Below, in pieces: positions 41,809-52,308 of a DNA stretch of 64,000 bases. The translations under genes were made by a program, and so were the position numbers. Source of the stretch: Felis catus (taxonomy: Eukaryota); assembly GCF_018350175.1 (NCBI RefSeq), contig NC_058368.1, forward strand, positions 154,506,001 through 154,570,000, read 5' to 3'. How positions within the stretch are numbered: position 1 is the first letter of the stretch; every line of letters starts with the position of its first letter. The notes under the pieces are model-generated. The model searched no databases. It was not told the DNA's origin and was given only the letters and a program-made list of their open reading frames with translations.

Positions 41809-41870
41809 TGCAAATTTTGTTAATGCAAATTTTGTTAATGCAAATTTTGTTGGTTGCAAATTTTGTTGGT
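41809..41870. repeat. 15/16-bp tandem repeat, 4 copies
   Basis: tgcaaattttgttaa x2 followed by tgcaaattttgttggt x2. Confidence 0.93.
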
Positions 41871-44232
41871 TGGTGTACCCCAACCAACCCTGTATACCTC
41901 ACCCCTGGCTGCCACCAAATTTCAGGGAATTCAGATCTGGCCTAGGACTAGTTGCTAGTGCAAATTTTGCTAACATTACTGCCTCACCTCCTGCCATCCT
42001 GTCTGGGTCTCACTGACACCATGAAGATCAATCACATTTCACAACAGACAGGAACTGGGTGCAGACATCTGGACTAAAAGGGAAATTGACCAAGAAACAA
42101 TAGTGGGATGCAAGGAACACACATAGGAGACTCCCATGAAGTGCCAGGTTCTGATGAACAATGGACACTGCATTGCAGGACACTATCGTACCTCTTCGTA
42201 AAGCCACTATTTGTAGGAGCAGAAGACATAGCTGATTTTCTTACAGATACAGAGAGGTAGACAAAATGAGGAGACAGAGGAATATGTCCCAAATGAAAAT
42301 AAAGGACATAATCATAGCAAGAGATCTAAGTCAAATAGAACTAAGTAACCTGTCTGACAGAGAATTTAAAATCATAATCATAAAGATACTGGACTTACTG
42401 GATTTTGTTGTTACCCCAACAAACCAAAGTCCAAAATCAGATGACTTCATGGGTGAATTCTACTAGATATTTAAAGAAGAGTTGGTATGTATTCTTCTCA
42501 AACTATTCCAAAAAGTGTAAGAGAAAAGAAAACTTCCAAATTCATTCTATGAGGCCAGTATCACCCTCATACCAAAACCAAATAAAGACATCAACAGCAA
42601 ATTACAGGCCCATATCTGTGATGAACATTGATGTAAAAAATCCTCACCAAAATAATAGTGAACCAAATCCAACAATGTATTAAAAAAATCATTCACCATG
42701 ATCAAGTGGGATTTATTCCCCAGATGCAAGCATGGTTTAATATTCATGAACTAAACAGTGCAATACATCACATTAATAAAAGAAAGGATAATAACCATTT
42801 GATCCTCTCAATAGAAGCAGAAAAAGCATTTGATGAAGTATAGCATCCATTCATGATAAAAACCATCAATGAAGTAGGATTAAAGGGAACATACCTCAAC
42901 ATGATAAAGATCGTATACAAAAACCCACAGCTAATATCATCCTCAGTGGAGAGAAACAGAACTTTTCCTCTATACTCAGGAACGAGACAGGGATTTCCAC
43001 TCTCTCCACTATTACTGAACACAGTACTGGAAGTCCTAGCCACAGCAACCAGACAACACAAATCAAAGCATCCAAATTGTCAAGGAAGAAGTCAAACTTT
43101 CACTATTTGCAGGTGACATGATACTTTATATTGAAAACCTGGAAAACTCCACCAAAAATTGCTACAACTGATATACAAATTCAGTAAAGTTTCAGGATAC
43201 AAAATAAATGTAGAGAAATCTGTTGCATTTCTATACACTAATAATGAAGTAGCAGAAAGAAACATCAAGGAATTGATCCCATTTACAATTGCTCCCAAAC
43301 CATAAGATACGTAGGAATAAACCTAACCAAAGAGGTAAAAGATGGTATATTCTGAAAACTACAAAACACCGATGAAAGAAAATGAACATGACACACAAAA
43401 AAACGGAAAGACATTCCATGCTCCTGGATTAGATACAAATATGGTTAAAATGTCTATACTACCCAAAGCAATGTAACATTTAATGCAATCTCTATGAAAA
43501 TACCACCAGCATTTTTCACAGAGATAGAACAAAATATCCTAAAATTTGTATGGAACCACAAAAGACCCCAAGTAGCCAAAAGCAAAGAAAAGTAAAGCTG
43601 GAGTTATCACAATTCTGGACTTCCAGTTACATTACAAAACTGTAGTAATCAAATTAGTATGGTACTGACACAAAACTAGACACATACATCAATGGAACAG
43701 TATAGAAAGTCGAGAAAGAAACCCACAATTACATGATCAATTAATCTCCATCAAAGCTGGAAAGAATATCCAATAGGAAAAAGACACTCAGAATGGATTT
43801 AATATCTAAGTGTAAGACCTGAATCCATAAAAATTCTAGAAGAGAGCACAGGTAGTAGTGTCTGTGACATCAGCCATAAAAACATTTTACTAAATAGGTG
43901 TCCTGAGGCAAGGGAAATAAAGGCAAAAACAAATTATTGGTACTACATATAAAATTCTTCTGCACTGCAAAGGAAATGATCGGGAAAACTAAAAGCAATC
44001 TACAAAATGGGAGAAGATATTTGCAAATGACATATCTGATAAATGGTTAGTATCCAAATTATATAAAGAACTTATGTAATTCAATACCCAAAAAACAAAT
44101 AATCCAATTTAAAAATGGGTAGAAGACATGAACAGACATTTCTTGCAAAGAAGACATCCAAATGGCTGACAGATGGAAAGATGCTCACTCTTTTGGGCAT
44201 CATCAGGGAAATGCAAGTCAAAACTATAACAA

Positions 44233-44274
44233 AATATCACAGGAATGTCACAGGAATATCACAGGAATGTCACA
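44233..44274. repeat. 11-bp tandem repeat in L1 ORF2 3' region
   Basis: aat(a/g)tcacagg, about 3.7 copies. Confidence 0.88.
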
Positions 44275-44889
44275 CCTGTCAGAATGGCTAAAATAAAAAA
44301 CACAAGAAACAACAGGTTTTGATGAGCATGTGGAGAAAAAGGAACCCTCTCACATGGTTGGTGGGAATGTAAACTTGTGCAGCCACTGTGGAAAACAGTA
44401 TGGAGATTCATCAAAAAGTCAAAAATAGAACAATCCTAGGATCCAGCAATCACACTACTGGGTATTTATCCCCAGAATACAAAAACACTAATTCAAAGGG
44501 ATACATGCACCCGTATGTTTACTGAAGCTTTAATTATAATAGTAAATTATGGAAGCAGCCCAAGTGTCCATCGTATAGATGAATGGAGAAAGAAGATGTG
44601 GTATATAAAGGTGTGTGTGTATACACACACACACATACACCCACACACAATGGAATATTATCCAGTCATAAAAATAATAAAATCATTCCATTTGCAACAA
44701 AATGGTTCGAGATAGAGTATAATGCTATGCAAAATAAGTCAGAGAAAGACAAACACCATGTGATTTCACTCATATGTGGAATTTAAGAAAACAAATGAGC
44801 AAAGGTAAAAATAAGAGAGAAAGAAAGAGACAGGGAGAGAGTGAGAGAGAGGGAGGGAGGGGGGAACGGGGGAGAGAGGGGGAGGGGGG

Positions 44890-44923
<34 letters not shown>

Positions 44924-45989
44924 GAGAGAGACAAACCTAGAAACAAACTCTAAACTACAAAGAATGAACAGTTGGTTACTGAGGGCAGGGGTGTGGGGAG
45001 ATGGGTGAAATAGGTGATGGGGATTAAGGAGTGAACTTGTGTGATGAGCTTGGGATGTTGTATGGAATTGTTGAATCACTATAATGTACATCTGCAACTA
45101 ACATAACACTGAATGTTAACTATAAGAGAATTAAAATAAAATAAAAAACACATTGCTGTAACTTACTGCATTTATGGAATTACAACCTATGAAATCACAG
45201 TAAATAAAACAATTAGGAACCATGCAATGAACTTCTACTTCTTCTGGCAATGTGTAAATAACTAGAACTAAATTCACCCTGGTGTGGTCAACAACCACAA
45301 AATGCATGAGGCCACTGTTTGTGGACTGGGCAACAGGCAGTGCATACTGCCATTCCTGAGAAAACAGACACTCGGGAAACAAGTCCCATGATTATTCTGG
45401 ATCTCTACAGGAAGCTGGAGATGAAGCAGAGATCAGTGTTACTGGCTGCTTACCTAAGGTTTTAGTGGAACAGCTGCTATGGGGCAACCACAGATAATAA
45501 CTGTCAAGCAGTACTGAGAAACAGTGGAGTTCCAGCCTGAGTCAGAAGGAAGAAAGCATCTCAGTCTCAAGAAAGGTCCTTTTTTAGGAATAAAGTTCAC
45601 ACCTATGGTAATAGTTACACTAGACTGGTCCTAACAAAGCCAAAACCCACGTCTCAACAAAATCATTAAGTGAAACATAATTTGGAAGTAGAATTCCACC
45701 AAAAAAGAGGAGCTTGGAAAAATTTGGGTTTTCTAAGGATGCACTCCAACTTGGACCTCTGTTCAAGATGTCAGTGAGAAACAAACAACACTAACACAAC
45801 ACTCTTCAGGGGAATTACCCAATATATAATCCAAAAAGCTTAGTACACAATCAAAATTTGTTAGACAACAGGAGAATTTAACCTGTAGTTTAAAAAAAAA
45901 ATTAATCCCAAGATATTTCAGATACTGGATTTCATAGATAGATAGATGTATAGATCAATCAATAAAATATATAATTTATCAATTGACTG

Positions 45990-45992
<3 letters not shown>

Positions 45993-46043
<51 letters not shown>
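45993..46043. repeat. (TA)n microsatellite
   Basis: About 25 perfect TA units. Confidence 0.97.
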
Positions 46044-46048
<5 letters not shown>

Positions 46049-46243
46049 TATTAGAGAGATAGAGGGGGAGGAGAGGGAGGAGAAGGAGCAGGAAAGGCAG
46101 AGAGAGGGGGGAGACAGGGATTGAGAGACTTAAAGAAAAATATGGTATTAATGAGTGGACAGAAAATCTCAGGTGAAAAATGGAACCTATATAAAAATGG
46201 TGAAATGGGATGGGAAATTCTAGAATTAAAAAGTATAACTGAG

Positions 46244-46402
46244 AGGAGCCCGGGTGGCTCAGTCATTCGAGAGCCCCATTCTTGATTTTGGCTCAGATCA
46301 TGATTTTATGGTTCCTGAGTCAGAGCCCTGCTTTGGATTCTCACTCTCTGTCCGTTCCTCACTCACATGCACTCACTCTCTCCCTCTCAAAATAAATACT
46401 TA
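46244..46402 (+). mobile_element. Older CAN-SINE
   Basis: 'gggtggctcagtc..cttgattttggctcagatcatga'; TSD aaaaa(g/a)tataact at 46228-46240 and 46403-46415. Confidence 0.88.
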
Positions 46403-46754
46403 AAAAAATATAACTAAAGTGAAAAAAAAGTGCCCAATTTTCCTGACAGCAGATTCAAAAAGGCAACAAAACAAAACAAAACAAAACAAAAACCTGTGGT
46501 GGTCAGGGAGTCAGTCAGTTCAAAGCAGATCCATATAATTATGCAATTTTAATTAAAGAGGCTTTTTATAGATATTTTATTTACAGTAAGACTGGTTCCC
46601 TTTCCTAACTTATTTTTAGTATTTTTCTAACATTCTTGCAGGATTTTTTTTTCATGTGAACTTTAATGTCATATTGATTAGCTCCCAAAAAAGGTTGATA
46701 TTTATAATAAGATTAGATTAGTATTATTTGTATACCTAAAAGTAACACAATGCT

Positions 46755-46992
46755 GGGGCGCCTGGGTGGCGCAGTCGGTTAAGCGTCCGACTTCAGCCAG
46801 GTCACGATCTCGCGGTCCAGGAGTTCAAGCCCCGCGTCGGGCTCTGGGCTGATGGCTCAGAACCTGGAGCCTGTTCCCGATTCTGTGTCTCCCTCTCTCT
46901 CTGCCCCTCCCCCATTCATGCTCTGTCTCTCTCTGTCCCAAAAATAAATAAACGTTGAAAAAAAAATTTAAAAAAAAAATAAAAAAAAATAA
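46755..46992 (+). mobile_element. Young SINEC_Fc
   Basis: Near-identical to the copy at 579; perfect 18-bp TSD taaaagtaacacaatgct at 46737-46754 and 46993-47010. Confidence 0.97.
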
Positions 46993-47074
46993 TAAAAGTA
47001 ACACAATGCTATATGTCAATTATATCTTAATAATGGAGAAAAAACTATAGATGTAGTTAATAGTATATGCATAT

Positions 47075-47520
47075 AATAGATTTTCTAAGATGGCTCTTTG
47101 GAACAGTATCTCATGAAATCTTGGATTCTTGAAAATGTTTTCCTATGGCCTTGACAATTAAAGGACAGCTTGAATGGATATGAAATCCTTAGTTTATACT
47201 TTTTTCTTAACATCTCTTTCCATCCCGCTCTCCTCTTTCTCCCCCTTCCTCAATACTTCTTATCTTTGACCTGAATTGTATATCACTTTTTATAGTTGTA
47301 GAATGATGCTACTTTAATTCAATGGTCCTTATGAATGTTTTGCTTTGTCTGAAGAGCCCAAGGACTTTCTCTTTTATCTTTAGATTTATAGTACATATCC
47401 CATAGTGGACACACTTGATAAACATGTGTCACTTTTCTCAATACTATGCGGGCTGGTTGAGAATGTAAAGTCTTATCTTTAATTTCTTGTAAGTTTTCTT
47501 TGATTATAAAAGCTACTTAT
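47075..47520 (-). mobile_element. HAL1 or old L1 ORF1-like relic
   Basis: 'aaggacagcttgaatggatatgaaatccttagtttatacttttt' is typical of reverse HAL1/ORF1 C-terminus. Confidence 0.5.
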
Positions 47521-47569
47521 TTCTGTGATACTAGTTGGTGCAAAAGGGGTCGTAACTAAAATTCAAAAG

Positions 47570-48555
47570 AAAAATCTGGAGAATATATCCATAGGGTTTT
47601 TGTAAATCTCTGAAATACTCTTCAGGATCTAGAAAGTTGCATTTATGTGTAGTTCTGTGGGCATACACAAGAAAGAGGACCCCAATCCCTCACATGACTG
47701 ACCTTAAGTCCCTACATGAGCAGAAAGTGAAAGCTAGACAGACTTCTAAGCTAAGTGAGCAGGAAGGCATGCCCAAACAAAAACACAGTACCCTCATAAA
47801 AGGTGGAAGATTCATTGGTTCAAGCCATTACAAGGAATGTGTCAACAATCATTGGATGACCATTAAGCTAACTTAGAATAAAATGGACTGGGAAGGTAGA
47901 AATGTAGTTTTCAGAATTGGCACATTATAAAACATTTAGATTTAAATGTAAATTAATTACATATGCAAATGAACAGGAAAGTACGGCCCACATGGAAAGA
48001 ACTAAAACAGTCAATGGCAAGTATCCTAAAGCTGATTTCTTAACTTATTCCAGGTGTTGGACTTACTAGACAGACTTTAAATCAGTTCTTATAAATAGTT
48101 CCAACACTAAAGAAGGCAATGTCTATCGAATAGAAAGAAAACTATAAAACAGTGTCTCATCAACTAGTGTATATCATTAAGAAGGCAGAAATTATTAAAA
48201 ATAAACCTAAAATCTTAGAGATGAAACGAATTAAAATTAAAAATTCACTAGAAGGACTTAATAATATATCTGAGCGGGAAGAATCAAGAATCCAGAAACA
48301 TGAAAAAAGGTAATTGAAAATTGGGGTTATCCAGTCTGAAGGAACAGGAAAAAGCAAAAAGAATGCAAAAGGGAGCTTAGCTCAGAGATCTGTGAGACTA
48401 TATGTAGCATACCAACAATCACAGAATGGAAGCCTCAGGAGAAAGGAAAAGAAAGGATATTTGGTCAAAACCTCCCCAAATTTTATGAAAAATATTAGCT
48501 TATATGTCAAAGAATTCCAATAAACTCCAAGTAGAACAAACTCAAAGAGATCCTA
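47570..48555 (+). mobile_element. Old L1M 5' UTR/ORF1 fragment
   Basis: 'acttactagacagactttaaatcag', 'aaaaattcactagaaggacttaata', 'aaactccaagtagaacaaactcaaagagatcc'. Confidence 0.75.
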
Positions 48556-49717
48556 CAGATTCACTGCCCCCCCCAAAAAAACTTTGTGACCTAAAAATTA
48601 AAACTCGTAGACATTTACTACTTTACATAAAAATAACTTTGGTTAGATATGAGAGAGTTTGATTCTAACATGACATGTGCTTTAGCTCATGGCATTTAAA
48701 AAAGAGCCAATCTTATTTCTTAGAATTTTAAAACAAGAAAATATTCCCATTCTTGCTTCACTCCATCGTTGGGAACACGTCAGTTTTGAAACAGACTAGT
48801 AATACAGTTGTTAAAATCCTTCAGTATCTATGTGTGAACGCTATAGATCATCGATTTATAGATAACGGCGTTAGCAATCTGTGCTTTTCGCTTCTGCTCA
48901 TTGGCAAGAAGGTAGGAGAGAGAAACCTTAACATCATGCGTCTACCGGCCAACCACTTCACTAGGGTAGGCGCATTAAACATTTACGCCACTAGTTCTTA
49001 CTTGACTACATCTTCACACCAATTGCACCAGGTACACTCATCCATTTATCCCCTGTAACCTTAGCGTCAAGATGCAGAAGCAATTAACTCTTTTGCCGCG
49101 AATCGTCCCTTGACAACATTTAGCAGCCCCAGGAGCACGGATGCCTGTGTGTAGCATCCTGCAGGACAAAGACAAAGCTGAAGAGAACCCCTGGATGCCT
49201 AGTATAATTATGAAGACAATACCCATGAATGTTCTTGTTGGAACAAACTAAGCATCCTTGAATATTCCAATCTGGCTAAGTGTGTAGCAAACACCGCCTT
49301 TACTTGTATTTTTCTCTCCTCCTACATAAAATTATAAATTTGGACTCATTTGCATTACTTATAGTATGTACCTTTTATTAATTATGAAAAAAATACAGAT
49401 TCCTCTTAACAAATGAAATTCAGAGCTGAGTAAATTAAAAAGTTGATTTTTCTTTGCTATCTTTTTCTCCTTGTTATCCTCTGGAAAGAAGCAACATTCA
49501 TTGAAAAGAACTGAACCCTCCTCTGTTTTAGAATATCCTCGATTTCTCTTTTTAAATTTTAATTCCTGTATTACTTTTCCCTTACTGAACACTTCTCCAC
49601 ATTAGCTAGAATCCTATTCACAAATAATTGTGTAAACTAAAATATATTCTCAGCCTAACATCTCATCAGTAAATGAATTTTACTTGCATCATTTAAAACT
49701 TTTTAAACCCTATTTTT

Positions 49718-49932
49718 TAAAATATTTTTTTAACGTTTATTTATTTTTGAGACAGAGAGAGACAGGGCATGAATGGGGGAGGGTCAGAGAGAGGGAGACA
49801 CAGAATCTGAAACAGGCTCCAGGCTCTGAGCTGTCAGCACAGAGCCCGACGCAGGGCTCGAACTCACGGACCGCGAGATCGTGACCTGAGCCGAAGTCGG
49901 CTGCTTAACCGACTGAGCCATCCAGGCGCCCC
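49718..49932 (-). mobile_element. SINEC_Fc, fairly young
   Basis: Full reverse SINE; TSD ttaaaccc(t/a)attttt at 49703-49717 and 49933-49947. Confidence 0.96.
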
Positions 49933-51171
49933 TTAAACCCAATTTTTAATAAGTTTCATATTAGGACATTTCTATGCTGAGGAACCTTCACTTCTTGACA
50001 TTGCTTTCATTATCAGATACAGCCAAATATTTCTTAATAATATCAATTTTGCTTAGCTCTCAAAACTGTTTCCATATGCTCTTGTAAACTATTTATTGGC
50101 AATAAGTTTTTTAACAAAAATAGTTAAAAATTAAATAATTATGGGTCAAAATGTATTTTCACAAACATATTATCTAAATCCCAGGGGGGAAAAATGGTAA
50201 AATTTCTAACCTTATTTTATTTGGGGCTAGTTTAGTCAAATTCTTGATCGATACATTTGTATTTTGGTATGTTTAATTTGTCAGTTGAAACCATATGCTT
50301 TTGGATCTTAGAAATAAAATATTCTTTCCAAAATCCTTTTGTCTAATCCTCAGTCTTTGAACTGGTGTCATAATAGTAATTTCAATCAAGGGAATCGATT
50401 CACTGTGACTAGTTAGTAATTATTAAGAAACTAAGCTTTCTAACCTCTCATACTACATTGCTACAACAATGCCTACTAATCATAATCTTTGAACATCAAC
50501 AAAAACTATTAACATTCAGTCTAAAAACCCAGTATTTATAGGAAACCAGCCCTTTACAGATATTACCTTATGCTTCGGGCCATACCAACCTAATAAATCT
50601 CTTGACATAGAAGATATAATGATGAAAAAAATAGTTTATATTATTTCCTAACAGTTTTCAATTTTTTAATTTTTAAAAATGCATCAAGTTATGTATTATA
50701 CTATATATGCATGTGGATAAAGGTGTGTATATACATAAGGAGGCTCAATATATGTGTGTTATATTGGGAAACCAATGTAATGAATTGATTGAATCAATTT
50801 AAACTGGCAAATTTATTATCTACATATTTGTTATTCTAATGGTCACACAAATTGAAACTATATGCTTAGTGGACTTGTGCCTAAGGGCTGCAATTAATGG
50901 CTCACACAATCTTTATATCTAGATTATTAGTTCAAATACCGTGTAGGATGCTACTACTTGAATTGTTCCTGATTTTGAAAGCTATTCAATATTCTGTTAC
51001 AAATTACAAATTTGGTACATTTAATTTTATTTTAAGCTATACTTGCACAAGGACAGTGCATTATTTTTTCCCTAATTATGTTCGTCTGGCTTTGTGTATC
51101 TCATATAAATAGCTAAACGAAAAATAAAACGTAATCAATAAACCTATAGTAATGAAAGTTTCCAATACCTT

Positions 51172-51192
51172 TTATTTTATTAAATGTTTATT

Positions 51193-51233
<41 letters not shown>

Positions 51234-51411
51234 AAGAAAGAGCACAAGTGGAGGAGAGACAGAGATGGAGGGTGAGAGAGAGAATTCCAAGCAGGTCCTG
51301 GGCTGTCAGCACAGAGCTGGATGCAGGGTTCAATCTTATGAACCCATGAGATCATGACCTGAGCCAAAATCAAGAGTCAGATGCTTAACCAACGAGGCAT
51401 CCAGGTGCCCC
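51172..51411 (-). mobile_element. CAN-SINE
   Basis: Reverse SINE with long (GA)n; TSD tccaatacctt at 51161-51171 and 51412-51422. Confidence 0.94.
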
Positions 51412-51436
51412 TCCAATACCTTACTCAAAAAAACCG

Positions 51437-51473
<37 letters not shown>

Positions 51474-51495
51474 ATAAATAAATAAATAAATAAAA
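51437..51495. repeat. (ACTA)n(AATA)n tetranucleotide microsatellite
   Basis: Directly visible array. Confidence 0.93.
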
Positions 51496-51683
51496 TAATG
51501 CTGTAATAGAGGACCATAGATCAATTTCTCTTATTTCCTACATTGAAGACAGGGATGTAGAAACGGAAGAGGAAAAGGGTTAAATGTTCTTTCAACGTGG
51601 GAGGAACTATTTTCCTAAGGGTGTCTTCCAGACACTAAGCACATGTCAAGATAACATAGTGACAGGTGACTAATGTGGCTGAG

Positions 51684-51716
51684 TTGGAAGGCAGCTATGC
51701 TCACCACTATACCACC
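51684..51716 (-). pseudogene. tRNA-Gly(TCC) 5'-half copy (tailless retropseudogene-like)
   Basis: Reverse complement is GGTGGTATAGTGGTGAGCATAGCTGCCTTCCAA, matching about nt 6-38 of mammalian tRNA-Gly-TCC (D arm and anticodon loop); no T arm or acceptor 3' strand. Confidence 0.88.
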
Positions 51717-51742
51717 TTTTTTTTTCTCCATCATTCAGCTTT

Positions 51743-52308
51743 TTTTTTTAATATATGAAATTTACTGTCACATTGGTTTCCATACAACACCCAGTGCTCA
51801 TCCCAAAAGATGTCCCCCTCAACACCCATCACCCACCCTCCCTCCCTCCCACCCCCCATCAACCCTCAGTTTGTTCTCAGTTTTTAAGAGTCTCTTATGC
51901 TTTGGCTCTCTCCCACTCTAACCTCTTTTTTTTTTTTTTTCCTTCCCTTCCCCATGGGTTTCTGTTAAGTTTCTCAGGATCCACATAAGAGTGAAAACAT
52001 ATGGTATCTGTCTTTCTCTGTATGGCTTATTTCACTTAGCATCACACTCTCCAGTTCCATCCACATTGCTACAAAGGGCCATATTTCATTCTTTCTCATT
52101 GCCCTGTAGTACTCCATTGTGTACATAAACCACAATTTCTTTATCCATTCGTCAGTTGATGACATTTAGGCTCTTTCCACAGTTTGGCTATTGTTGAGAG
52201 TGCTGCTATAACCATTGGGGTACAGGTGCCCCTATGCATCAGTACTCCTGTATCCCTTGGGTAAATTCCTAGCAGTGCTACTGCTGGGTCATAAGGTAGG
52301 TCTATTTT
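51743..52308 (-). mobile_element. Young 5'-truncated felid L1 (3' end)
   Basis: ORF2 C-terminus (DEWIKKLW..MELESVMLSEIS), 3' UTR and poly-A; perfect 16-bp TSD tccatcattcagcttt at 51727-51742 and 52309-52324. Confidence 0.96.

Larger units (their letters stand above)
40880..45148 (+). mobile_element. Carnivore L1 with 5' UTR and a large internal ORF1-ORF2 deletion
   Basis: 5' UTR; ORF1 start MRRQRNMSQMK at 42266; jumps to ORF2 near 42415; RT region [23 protein letters not shown]; 3' UTR and A tail. Confidence 0.92.
45230..46465 (+). mobile_element. Old L1M 5' region/ORF1 relic, interrupted by (TA)n and a SINE
   Basis: ORF1-like 'aagaaaaatatggtattaatgagtg..aaatctcag..gaaattctagaattaaaaagtataact'. 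Confidence 0.55.

Noticed and set aside
41809..41870. Short direct repeats as a CRISPR-like array
   Set aside because: Head-to-tail with no unique spacers, in a mammalian L1.
40857..45156. aaaaacatgtattgc / aaaaacacattgc as TSD of the deleted L1
   Set aside because: Too degenerate to call with confidence.
48753..49058. 101-aa plus-strand ORF as a protein gene or endogenous viral element
   Set aside because: Starts at TTG, has no recognisable domain, and my manual comparison with recalled bornavirus N/G and circovirus Rep motifs found nothing convincing.
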